Shown here: positions 27,045 through 39,300 of the stretch, in pieces
How the letters are laid out: the number at the start of each line of letters is the position of its first letter
Position numbering within the stretch: the stretch's first letter is position 1
Assembly: GCF_001194135.2 (NCBI RefSeq)
Contig: NC_068984.1
Location: forward strand, 98,886,297-98,950,296
Source of the DNA: Octopus bimaculoides
Lineage: Eukaryota
DNA: 64,000 nucleotides
Direction: 5' to 3'
Notes under the pieces: model-generated
Databases searched by the model: none
Told to the model about the DNA's origin: nothing
Seen by the model: the letters and a program-made list of their open reading frames with translations, nothing else
Program-made: the position numbers and the translations under genes

Positions 27045-27185
27045 TGTAATGTATAACCAGTATATCCTGGCTCAAAGAAACTAATTTTTAGTCATAATCC
27101 TGTACGTTATTCCGAATGGCTGTTCTCTCTCTTCCACTTCCTGTCAAATGCGCACGCTCTTTACATCAACATTATTTGCATAACA
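27045..27185 (-). repeat. 5' LTR of the Gypsy element
   Basis: TG...CA ends, followed by the TSD cagag. Confidence 0.95.
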
Positions 27186-27635
27186 CAGAGGCTGACCAGA
27201 GACCTATGTTTTTAGGAATTATTTTACAGTTGAAATTCCCCCACTGTTTTTCTGACCTGTTTTTCTAGTAAGGGAATTTTTATTCCAATTGTTTTTGAAA
27301 GCATAGAGCTACAGGATAATTTGGATAATCTTTTAACAGAGTGTAACATTTCTATTTTTTTACACAAATTGTTTCGTGAGAAGATTTGCAATGTTAACAT
27401 TTACAAAGATCCAGACCCAAGCAAACATGCATGCATACTCACACCCACACACCCACACATATTTCAAATGACTGATACAGAAGACAGAGTGTAACTAGAA
27501 GCTTTATTTAGCTAAAACTTCTATTTATATTGTCATCAATATCAATCATTTAAAATATTCCCAACATATACCAAGGAATTCCAGTGATGAAAACGTGATG
27601 AAAGGTAGGTAGGTAGGTAAGTAGATAACTAGACA

Positions 27636-27637
27636 GG

Positions 27638-27687
<50 letters not shown>
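27636..27687. repeat. (GATA)n microsatellite
   Basis: Directly visible. Confidence 0.95.
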
Positions 27688-27688
<1 letters not shown>

Positions 27689-28586
27689 ACATAGACACAT
27701 ACACACACATGCATACTGGCTACAGTAAAAGATGCTTACCAATGTTCCACATAATGAGACAAGATTTCAAACTGTGTGGTTATGAAGTGAATTCCACATC
27801 CACAAAGTCATGCCTGTGATTTTGTATGTGTGTGTGTGTCTGTGTTTCCTTGGTAGTTTGTGTAGTGGTAGAGGAACACGAAATGTTGATTGGCTTTTGG
27901 CTGGCAGGTAAAGGAAAACAAACAAAATATATACAAAACACTGAGTCAGAATCTCCTTCCTTGGCTCTCACTACATGAAGGTCAGCACCACTGTTCCTAT
28001 CTACTCAACCTAACCCCCATAATTCATACTTGCCAACAGAGCAATACTTCATTAGAACACAAGTGATTTGTTGTATAAATTATTAAAAACTTTATAGTCT
28101 TCCATTTAATGAGACATGCATAATTAGAGAGACATATGATGAATACACTTACACACAAAACACTCATACACACATACAAGCACATATATATATATATATA
28201 CAAATATACATATATAAATATGAAGCATATACACATATATTTATATGAAACAAATATTTCTATTCAAATATACGTATATATAAATGTAAATAGATGCAGA
28301 AAATTGTATGCATACGCACACATATGCACACAATGTTTCCAACATTTGAGATACTTTAATTTCCGTTCCACTGATCACGTAGACATATCTTGGACTAATT
28401 CAATATATTTTGAATTTATTGTTGAGTTTTCACATGTTAAATAGTTCATTTTATTGCATACATATATATGCACATACACATGTACACTGTGTTGAAATGC
28501 AAAACAAGAATAAAAAAAATAAAAGAATATATATACATATATTCATTACACATGCTACAGATATGTGTATGTATGTGTGCATGCGT

Positions 28587-28625
<39 letters not shown>

Positions 28626-28743
28626 ATATATACATACATACACACACCCACACATATATACATATATATACACACACATATATACATAGATATATATTTA
28701 TACACATATTTTATATATATATGTTTATATATGTACACATATT

Positions 28744-28776
<33 letters not shown>

Positions 28777-29062
28777 GTGTGTGTATGTTTGTATGTATGT
28801 ATAAGTATATATACACATATATATGTATATTTGGGTTTTAATCTTGGAGTTTGCTTTATTAAGCCTGCTCATACAGATATTATATAAAAACCTGATGAGT
28901 TGAGATTTTTGAGGTATCAGAATAATAATACCAATGCATTATATTCAGAAGCATATTATATAATAATATTATAGCAATACTGTTCTGATAAAATATCAAG
29001 GAAACAATTGTAAAATTATGTAATGAAATAAATCGTTCGCTCCATTCTCCTTCAAAGTTGTT

Positions 29063-29112
<50 letters not shown>

Positions 29113-30683
29113 CATGTACATATATATATATATATATGCCAAATCAGATTGGAGCCTGGTGTAGCCATCTGGTTCACCAGTCCTCGGTCAAATCGTCCAA
29201 CCCATGCTAGCATGGAAAGCGGACGTTAAACGATGATGATATATATATATATANNNNNNNNNNNNNNNNNNNNNNNNNNNNNNNNNNNNNNNNNNNNNNN
29301 NNNNNNNNNNNNNNNNNNNNNNNNNNNNNNNNNNNNNNNNNNNNNNNNNNNNNNNNNNNNNNNNNNNNNNNNNNNNNNNNNNNNNNNNNNNNNNNNNNNN
29401 NNNNNNNNNNNNNNNNNNNNNNNNNNNNNNNNNNNNNNNNNNNNNNNNNNNNNNNNNNNNNNNNNNNNNNNNNNNNNNNNNNNNNNNNNNNNNNNNNNNN
29501 NNNNNNNNNNNNNNNNNNNNNNNNNNNNNNNNNNNNNNNNNNNNNNNNNNNNNNNNNNNNNNNNNNNNNNNNNNNNNNNNNNNNNNNNNNNNNNNNNNNN
29601 NNNNNNNNNNNNNNNNNNNNNNNNNNNNNNNNNNNNNNNNNNNNNNNNNNNNNNNNNNNNNNNNNNNNNNNNNNNNNNNNNNNNNNNNNNNNNNNNNNNN
29701 NNNNNNNNNNNNNNNNNNNNNNNNNNNNNNNNNNNNNNNNNNNNNNNNNNNNNNNNNNNNNNNNNNNNNNNNNNNNNNNNNNNNNNNNNNNNNNNNNNNN
29801 NNNNNNNNNNNNNNNNNNNNNNNNNNNNNNNNNNNNNNNNNNNNNNNNNNNNNNNNNNNNNNNNNNNNNNNNNNNNNNNNNNNNNNNNNNNNNNNNNNNN
29901 NNNNNNNNNNNNNNNNNNNNNNNNNNNNNNNACCACACTTCCTGCTTAACACAAACTTTCAGACCTTTTCTTTTTTTTAAACCAAACACAACTCTCAATT
30001 TCATACATCCTATTTTTTCCAACTATTATCTACATGGATTACCATTAAACTTTAAAAGCTCAAAGACAATATAATGTATTGGTATATTTATTTTTTTATA
30101 TATTATCTTTTAATTTTTTGTAAAAAACATTTTCATTCTTCCTCTTCTTGAAAATTTGCCATGCAATGAAAGCCGGTTAGAAATCCTTTTTACACATCTA
30201 TATTAAAATATGCTTTCAGTTTAGCATTCTGCCTTATTATTATTTTTCATTTTCCTATTATTTCTCCACGTGCGGTTAACACAACCCACCATTTACTGAC
30301 TTATATATATATATGTATATATATATTGTTAAGATATGGCAGTGCCCCAGCATGGCCACAGCTCATGAGCTGAAACTAGATATAATGATCAAATGAAATA
30401 TGGCAAAATTAATAACCAGTTATTGGACCTCATTATACATATGCTTTATAACAAAGTGTTAGGCAACTACAGAGCATAAGTATATGTNNNNNNNNNNGCT
30501 TTATAACAAAGTGTTAGGCAACTACAGAGCATAAGTATATGTGTGTGTGTGTGTGTGTACACACACACATCTACATAGATAGATATATACATCATATACA
30601 TGTATAGATGTGTGTGTGTGTTTGCATGTGTGTATGCAGCTGTCAGAAGGAATTTTAAGAATGCAATATGTGCATGGTATATA

Positions 30684-31966
30684 ATGGCTCATCCCATAAA
30701 TAATGCAATTTTTTTAATACTTCTTTTATTCTTCAAGATTAAGATAAACAAAGTTCTTTTTTAATCTAAAATATACTCTCTTTCATTTTCTACATTGCTT
30801 TTCCATCTATCTGGTAGACTTGCAAAGCCTCTCTTCTAAAATTCACTTGTCCGTAATGAAAAATACTCCTTCAGTATTGTTCTGACCTCGTCTAGAGAAT
30901 TCATATTTTTTCCATCCAAATGATGTTAAAGACTGCAGAGTAAATGATAATCAGATGGGGCAATGTCCGGCAAATATGATGGGTGAGGCATCATTTCCCA
31001 TTCAAATTACTCCAACCTTTGGAATGTCATTCTCGCTGTATGTGGCTGAGCATTATCCTGATAGAAGAACAATTTTTGTCTTGAATCCAAAACTGGTCGT
31101 TTTTCTAGTGCTAAATTAAGCTGCTCAAGCTGCTTGCAGTAGATCTTTGTTATCATTTGGTTTGGGTATAAATGTTCAAAGTGGACTAAACTATTCCTAT
31201 CCCACCAAACAGATAACAACAGCTTTCGTGGGTAAAGAGCTTCTTTAGCCTGGAGAGCTGGTGTTCCTCCTTTCCCTACCCGCTATCTTCAGTGCTTGAC
31301 ATTTTTATGGAGAACTCATGTCTCTTCACCAGTCACTCTTTGTTCCAAACAAGGTTCATTTGTGAGATGTGACAGTAAAGAGGAGCACACATTCACTCTC
31401 TGCGTGCAATTAGACTCGGAAAGTCTGTGAGGAACCAATTGACCTAATTTTCTGATTTTCCGATGGTACACAGGTGTCAATGAATGGTTAAATGACCAAA
31501 TCCAAGCTTCTCTGCTAGCTCCTTAACAGTTATGATGGGGTTTTGTTCCACCAGGGTTTTGCAGAACATCCTCGATGAGCTCCACAGATCTTCTAGGATG
31601 AGGCTCATCTTCTAGGCTGTAGTTTCTGGCTTGGAATTTCTGAAACCACCGTTGACACTGGCTTATGCTTATTGTCTGATCCCCATATACTGCATTAATG
31701 TTACTTGCACATTCTGTTGTGATGTTACCTTTATTGAACCCATAAAGCAAAATATGCCGAATTTGCTCCTTTGTCACTTCCATTATAGCTTTGAAGAAAT
31801 AACTGTTAAAATCAAACTGTACTCTTCAAATCTTGTACTGAGAATAAGGACAAGGTAAAATTACTACCTGCTTTTATAGCAAGTTGATGCAGATAGTTTA
31901 TCCCATCCCCCTCCAACATTTAGTTCATGCAATTGAAAATACTGCATTATTTATGGGATGACCCAA
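30684..31966 (-). mobile_element. Near-full-length, defective mariner transposon, copy 2 (same family as 15985-17257, opposite strand)
   Basis: TA|atggctcatcccataaataatgc ... gcattatttatgggatgacccaa|TA. Reads MEVTKEQIRHILLYGFNKG...QRWFQKF, LSVWWD and YQDNAQPHTA. Confidence 0.93.
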
Positions 31967-32632
31967 TACTTTCAATGTATGGTGTGAAAATATCATAGGA
32001 AATTCCTGGCAAGGTATATTCATAGTTTGAAAGTCATTCATGAGATTTTTTTTCCTTTTCTTAATATAGAATATTCACCCGTCATACTTATAGGCAGAAA
32101 GTAAGTTAGAACCACAGTGGATAGCATTAGTCACTCATTAAATAAACATGCACACACACAAAGGCAGTGATCTGGCAGAGTCATTAGCATACCATACAAA
32201 ATGCTTAGCTGTATTTTATCTATCTTTACATTCTGAGTTCAAATTCTACCAAAGTCAACTTTACCTTTCATCCTTTCAGGGTTAATGAAATAAGTTCCAG
32301 TTGAGTACTGGTATCAATGTAATCAAATTAACACCAACCACACACGAAATTGCTGGCCTTGTGCCAAAATTTGAAACCAATTTTTTAAACAGACACAGAC
32401 ACACATACTCACACATCTTTTAATTTTTTTTAACACCAAAGCAATGCAAATTACTAGTTAATATTACAGGTCGGTGGTTAGTAATAACACCTGGTATTTT
32501 AATATTTCAGGCTTGGGATATCTTCTTCAGGAAATCTTCAGAAAGAAGCTGTTGTTAACTGACTTCTCTGTTCTGTTTATTCATTGTACCCTGTATATAT
32601 ATACATATATACACGCACCCATGCACACACCA

Positions 32633-32701
<69 letters not shown>

Positions 32702-32705
<4 letters not shown>

Positions 32706-33262
32706 GTGTGGTGAATAAATTGTCGTCAAAATTATGCAAAAATGAAAATAACGCTAACATTTCATTTTAACAGATATATTTACCAAAATTACATTGAAAT
32801 ATCATGAAATACTAAAGAGTAAATTTATTCAATAAAATTGCCATTGGCTTCAACCATAGCCTCCAGACAACTTCAGAATCTCCTGCAACTCTTATGGGCA
32901 GTTTCCTTGTTTCAGTTGGTGAAAGCCACCATAATTCTTGCCTTCAGTTCATCTTTGGTGTTACAAGGAGTTTTATCAGTCTCTCACACAACTGTGCCCC
33001 ACACATAATAAAGGGTATTGCAGTCTGGGGAATTAGGTGGTCAGATGTTAGGGGTAATGTGCTCGCAGAAATTGTCTGACAGCCATGACTGGGTTCTCCT
33101 GCTTGTGTGGCATGGTGCAGAGTCGTGTTGTCAGACATAGAGCCTTCCAGCAGCCACCCTCTTGACCCAGGGCAGCACTACCTCCTCCAGGCACTTGATG
33201 TAGGCCTCCATGTTGAGTCTGAGGGCATATGGGAAGATGAATGGAGGTATACAGAACCATAT
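32702..33262 (-). mobile_element. DD37D (maT-like) Tc1/mariner 3' fragment
   Basis: Terminus cagggtg. Minus-strand PPFIFPYALRLNMEAYIKCLEEVVLPWVKRVAAGRLYV, then remnants of QQDSAPCH and *PPNSPDCN.LYYVWG. Confidence 0.75.
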
Positions 33263-33470
33263 AGTTAAATTCAATGTGAAGCTGTATATGCAAGTCCGGT
33301 GGGCAGTCATCGGTGTCAGTGTAGCTGGGTATGTGGCGGGCCTATTCATGACCTGGTGGGACAGAAAACTGAAACAAGCTCTTCAGGAACACTCAGTAGC
33401 AATCGTACTTTACAGGAGATATGTGGATGACATAAACATCATTGTCAAAACACCATCAAACAGCCAGACT
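33263..33470 (+). mobile_element. Penelope-like RT fragment
   Basis: Reads LYMQVRWAVIGVSVAGYVAGLFMTWWD...LYRRYVDDINII, a PLE-type Q..G.A.G...A.LFM...RYVDD arrangement. Confidence 0.65.
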
Positions 33471-33479
33471 TAAGAGAAG

Positions 33480-35025
33480 AGAGGATCATGCTGGAAAAGT
33501 AGGTCTAGCAAGATTGAAAAGTAGGTCTAGTAAGATTGTAAAGATACTTGAACAGAGACGTATTGATGTATGTTGTGTACAAGAGGTAATATGGAGAAGA
33601 GCTTCAGCTAGAGTTCTCACAGGCAAAGCACATAGGTATAAACTCTTCTGGGAAGGTAATAGTGATGGAATAGGAGGTGTTTTCATACTTCTTGCAGAGA
33701 AATAGGTGGATAAGGTAATAGCGGGAGTGAGGGTGTGCAACAGAGTACTTAAACTCAGGCTAGTCTTGCAGAATGGTATAGCTACAGTTATCTCTGCCTA
33801 CATCCCACAAGTAGGCCTACCAAATGAACAGAAAAATCCCATTTATGATATTCTTCTGCAGGCTACCTTAAAGACAAGTGACAGTGATCTCATCTTTGTG
33901 GCTGAATATTTAAATGGGCCTATTGGACAGCAATCTGGTATCTTCCATGGTGTACATTGGGGGCCATGGAATTGGTACCAGAAATGAAGAGGGAACTAGG
34001 CTCCTGGAGTTCTGTGATGCAAATAACCTATTGATCTGCAACACCAACTTCAGGAAGCCAGTTTGCTACCTGATAACCTATCAATCAGGTGACTCTGCTA
34101 GCTAGATCGATTTCTTTCTCACCAGAGAGTGGGATGCATGGTTGTTCTTAAATACAAAGACCCTCTCTGGTGAAGAATGTACCTCCCAGCATAAATTAGT
34201 TATTAGTGACTTTAGGCTTGAAGCCAGAAGGATGCCAAAAATCAGACCAATCTGGAAAAGAAGGACTTGGAAGCTTAGGAACCCTTCACATGGTCAGAGA
34301 TTCAGGGATATCCTTACCGAAAAATTTGATGAGAAAGAGGAGGAGGAGCTACAGTCCTGTAACATAGAAGGCAGCTAGAAATTCCTGCAAGACAGCTTGC
34401 TGAGTGCCACATACCAAATCTGTGGCTGGTGCAAAGCCCTTTCCAGACCTAGGGTAACATGGTGGTGGAACAATACTGTAGACAGAGCCATTAGAGCAAA
34501 GAAAGAGGCTTGGAAGGCCTGGAAGAGTGGGGGTAGCAGGAGAATGTATCAGATAGCCAAAAGGGAAGCTAAGGGACAGGTATATATAGCCAAGGGAGTA
34601 GCAGAAAAGAAGTTTGTGAATGTTCATCGATGTGAGGACCTAAGAACTGAAGTATTTCGGATTGCAAGACAGTGTGTTAGAGAAATCCGTGATGTCATAG
34701 GAAAGAAATGTGTCTGCATGAATGATGGTACCCTTGCATTTAATGATTCTGCAAAGAAAGAGGCTTAGAGAAGCCATTATGAAAGACTGTTGAATGTGGA
34801 GAATGAATGGGTGGAGGAGAGTCTGCCAAAGATTGACCCGGTTGAGGGACCAGCTATCCAAATTGACAATATCCAGGTAGATAAAGCAATTAAGGGTATG
34901 AAGACAGGGAAAGCACCTAGCCCATCAGGAATCACCGCTGGAATGCTTAAAATGTTGGGTGGTGTGGGTTATGGTCTTGTCACCTGCATCATAAATCAGG
35001 TAGTTCATGAAGGAGTCATACCCAA
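33480..35025 (+). mobile_element. RTE-clade LINE 5' part (APE endonuclease to RT start), degenerate
   Basis: Reads RRIDVCCVQEV.WR, YKLFWEGN, ISAYIPQVG, LLICNTNFRK, SQHKLVISDF, TWWWNNTV and MKTGKAPSPSGITAGMLK. Confidence 0.88.
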
Positions 35026-35384
35026 TGAAATTCAAAACAAAGGTTTTTATTTCACTCATTAGGGAACTCTTATACACTGATGATTGCGATCTAGTTGGTC
35101 ATTCTGAAAAAGGTCTGCAATCTTTTGTGTCTGCATTTTACTCAGCTTGTGATGATTTTGGTTTGAGTATCTTTGCAACCCACCTAAAATTTTTGTTAAG
35201 GGTAAGTTACTTGAGGTTGATTTTTTTCATCTACCTTGGACGCTCTGTACAAAATGATGGAAATCAGAACTTAACTGCAGCTCTTGGTGGTCCAAATCGG
35301 ATATGCAATCTATGTGGGTATCTTTTCAATAAATTGTCTGGTTTAAAAAGCCACATCAGACGCCATGATGGATCTAAGATGTAG
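35026..35384 (+). mobile_element. Collapsed RTE-type (BovB-like) remnant: RT YADD region, YLG motif and terminal C2H2-like finger
   Basis: Reads IRELLYTDDCDL..HSEKGLQ, FIYLGRSV and CNLCG...LSGLKSHIRRH in one frame, separated by large deletions. Confidence 0.6.
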
Positions 35385-35426
35385 GTACAGAAGGTGATCA
35401 GATTCTGCATAAGCAGTAGACAACCA

Positions 35427-35463
<37 letters not shown>

Positions 35464-35480
35464 CAGCTTTNNNNNNNNNN

Positions 35481-35545
<65 letters not shown>

Positions 35546-35759
35546 TACACACAAAAGCACACATAAATAGATAGATAGATAGATAGACAAATATACAATC
35601 ATATATACATGCATTCCAAAATTTTCAATCACTTGATTTTTATATTGGAGTTGTTGCCATTGCTTGTTTTCAAGCAATTCTTGGGGTGTGTTTTTGTCTG
35701 AATAACCTCCATTTATTACTATATTTTATATAGGAGACACTGCCATAATGTCTTCTATA

Positions 35760-35970
35760 CAAAATATAAAAAAACAACTTGAATACTCTTATATAAAACA
35801 ACTCAAATACTCATGAGTTGTTTTCCCCTCATGCATCTTGTTGATATCCATTACCAGTATCACTACCTTTCCTATATTTCTATTTATATATACTGGTAGT
35901 CTTAAAGTCTTGACAACTGAATAAAACATGCTTTGCTGATGAGCACTAATAAGACTGAAATATGTCAATA
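35760..35970 (+). mobile_element. Possible PLE 3' remnant with a hammerhead-like motif
   Basis: KQLEYSYIKQLKYS* resembles a PLE C-terminus; CTGATGAG-cactaataagact-GAAA-tatgtc lies at 35936-35966. Confidence 0.35.
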
Positions 35971-36443
35971 CTTCGGTCATTTGGCCTCAAAAGCTTACAT
36001 CTACGAGGTCTTTAATTTGCAAATATTTCAATTAGCAGATTTTACTGCAGTTGTCTCCCTTGCACAGTCTTTTTAGATTTCACATATCTCATGGGCTAGT
36101 TACTTTCATCTATTGCCTGCCTGAGTAATCTCAGTTAATTGACATTTTTCAACTCATATTATCACAGAGTTGAGGCTCTATCATACATATCTATGCATTA
36201 ATATAGACTAATATAATATATTTGTTTGTGTGTATGTACTGATGTATGTATGGATGGATGGATGTAGGTATGGATGTATGTATACATGTATGTTTGTATG
36301 TTTGTTCGTACACACATGTATGTGCACATGCACACACACATACATGCATCCATATCTATTTATTTACCAATCTCTCTTTTTCTCTCTTTCCATATTATAT
36401 ACATTTATATATTATAAATATATATATATATGCACACACATGT

Positions 36444-36475
<32 letters not shown>

Positions 36476-36496
36476 GTGTTTATCTATATACACACA

Positions 36497-36542
<46 letters not shown>

Positions 36543-37399
36543 TATATATCTGTATGCTTATCTAAATATGCACACATGTGAGTGTGCTTGTATGTATTAG
36601 TTTCGGCTTTTATCAACACATGCAGAGCAAATAAGATTTATGAAGATATAAAGGTCAAATTATGGAAGACATTATATATATGTAGCTTCATCATTACTGA
36701 CAACTCAACAGGAAAGATGAACAAAATGGAAAAATAAAACAAGAAAAAGAGCCTTCTTCTTAGAGAAGCCTAATATTGCTTAATAATGATTTCTAGCTAT
36801 GCAGCTGTATGTTCTAATGTCTAGACATCACTCCAGTATCTTCCTATAGTATCCTGATTAGCATTAATATTGAATACATTACTACAGAGTTTAATAACCG
36901 CTGTGAACTGTGTGACTTTCATCAGTTCATTTGAACGCTGTCATATGTACATTTAAGTCTATGTCAAAATTGCTGCTAGTATTATTTCTTGCTGACTCTT
37001 ATAAAAGTTAATTTCACTGTGATATATGTAAGAAGATCGTTTTGTAATCAAAAATTCTTAGGTTCAATCCCATTGTTTGACACCCTGGGCAAATGTCTTC
37101 TACAATAACTTTTGATCAACCCAAGCTGTATGAATGAAAGTGTTTGGACAAAGACTGTGTGGAAGCTTTTCTCATGAACTGTATCTGTATTCCTAATGGC
37201 CTACCTTGTTAAATATTAAATGTGTGTGGTGCTAGTGTTCAGCCTGTCAGTGAAGCACATGCATATGCACACATGCATGTACAAATGTGTGTGAATATAT
37301 GTATGCTCTTCTCTGTCTCTTTTTAATTTAGAATAAGTTTTGACTGGCTGCCTTCAATGGTAGCAAGGTTATGAAAGGACATATTTTGCTTTGTTCATC

Positions 37400-39300
37400 A
37401 TCCTTTAACTCTTAAGGTCTTGCAGATTTTTATAGTCTCAGATATTGTGATAATGTGTAGCATATGAAATAAAGATTTACATTCTCTCCCCAATATCCCA
37501 AGTTCTGCCATACTTGGCTCCAGATAGGGTTGGTATGTATCCTGTTGCTCCAATAATAACTGCTATGAAGCTGAAAGTGTGTTTTGGGTACTGGATTTGC
37601 AAACTTCTTATCAATGATCCAGAGGCATTCCCATCCTCCTGTATTTTTTAAACCCATTGGTGTCCAAAGAGCAGCTTGGTTCCACACAACAATATCTGGC
37701 CAGTTGTGTTTTAACTCTGTGGATGTTTCAATTTTTAAATTCCACTAATATTTTTTCAACCCCTTAATCTCAATGTGATCAACTTCGTCTATAGGTGTGT
37801 TCATTTTTGTTCTCTTGTCTCAGACTATTCTAGCCACTGCATCATGCCTCCATGTAGTTAGCAATAATGTGGCTGATGTTTTCAGTCTTAACCTTACACA
37901 GCCTAGAGTTAACGTTTTCTGTCTTTTATGTGGTAAGTACTTAGTGGGGATATCTTATTTGTCAATAGTATGAAGGTAACCTTTGAAGCAGCAGGTCATA
38001 AACTTGCCAGTACTCCATGCCAAGCTTTTGACATGATCAGCCCTTTCGATGGTTTCTGATTTTTGTACTAAGTATCCATGTATTATCTTCTCAGTGAACT
38101 GGTTCATCTTCTTTATTCTGTTCTGATAAATAGATTTTACCAATGTTCCTTGGGGAGAAATTTGTATCAGCTCTTATTTCATACCTCTCCTCAGGTTCAT
38201 TAGCTATACTGATTATGTTGTTGATTTCATGGTCACAAACTTGGGCAACATAGTGACTGGTCTCTTTCCTCTGCCACCGAGTTGTTTTAGTGTGACAACA
38301 CTTGCTTCATATGACATTGATACAGATTTGAGGCCACAGCCACCTTCCTTGCACGGAAAGTATAACCTGTCTACATCTCCACTGATGTTGAAGCTTCCTG
38401 TAATACTGAGCAGCTTGTGAGTCATGACATCTATTTCTCTGAGTCCTTGTAGTGACCAGTTCAGAAGGCCAAATGCATGTGTGAGGACAGGCACTGCAAA
38501 AGTATTGTGGGTTGTTATGAGGTCTAGTCCTAGAGATTTCTAGTTTGACATTTTCTGTAGAATAGTTTCTATTATGTTGCCATTTTGCTCCAGTTCTTTT
38601 AGTCATACAGCTTGTTTGCTAAATTCATCATTTGTCTCCCATACAGATGTCCAATAACCACCAACTTGATATTTTGTTGAGGTGTCTTTTACAGAGACTG
38701 AGTCTTTCACATTGAAGCTGTGATAAACTGACTTGGGATCCCTGGCAAATAATTTATTGAGCATTTGCTGTTTATATACTTTAGGTTTATATTTTAGTTT
38801 TTGCAGCTGTAGCTGTGAGCCATTATTTTAGCTGGTGCAGGTTAGAGTATAGGTTTTCAAGTCCTGTATCACCAAATTGCCTCTCAGTTTTTTTCCTGGG
38901 TGGGTCTTCTTGATATTGTGTGAACTTGTTCTCTGTGTTACATTTCATAACAATAATGATCTGTGAGATACTTTTTTGCAGGAGTAAAATTTTTATTTTT
39001 TAAAGTTATGTGCTTTATGCTGGTTAAGGTTTTCTACTTGAATCTCATTTGCATGGCTTCAGCCATTTGCAATATGTTAGTCATGTAATAGCTGAGACAT
39101 ATATTAAAAGGTTACTAGTTTTGTAGATTTTTTCATACTTCTGAGTTGTGTGCACTTCAGATATTTCTTTGCTATTTTGTTTACTGCTTCTAATTCTAAT
39201 TTACTGGGTTCTTCACTTTTACTAGTCATTCAAATTAAAGTTATAAACCTGTTGAAACATATCATCTTAGATCACTTGTAAGGTGTTCACAAGTTTTTAG
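37400..39300 (-). mobile_element. R4/Dong-type RLE non-LTR retrotransposon, RT core apparently deleted
   Basis: Pre-RT NKLFARDPKSVY, post-RT AVPVLTHAFG...DVDRLYFPCKEGGCGL and RLE KHNWPDIVVWN are present; no YxDD region is seen between them. Confidence 0.75.

Larger units (their letters stand above)
23319..27185 (-). mobile_element. Ty3/Gypsy LTR retrotransposon (Mag-like), both LTRs present, coding region degenerate
   Basis: 141-bp TG...CA LTRs at 23319-23459 and 27045-27185 with a 5-bp TSD CAGAG (23314-23318, 27186-27190). Domain order is gag-PR-RT-RH-IN. Gag carries IRDAFINGL and two decayed CCHC knuckles. Confidence 0.96.

Noticed and set aside
27855-27912. Possible cassette exon (ggtag|...gcag|gtaaag)
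   Set aside because: The two kinesin exons already join without missing residues, and the peptide has no recognisable homology.
28136-28841. Cluster of Y/I/H/T-rich overlapping ORFs
   Set aside because: Degenerate (TA)/(CA) microsatellite.
30446-30542. Exact 45-bp direct repeat on both sides of a 10-N gap
   Set aside because: Typical unmerged contig overlap, so an assembly artefact.
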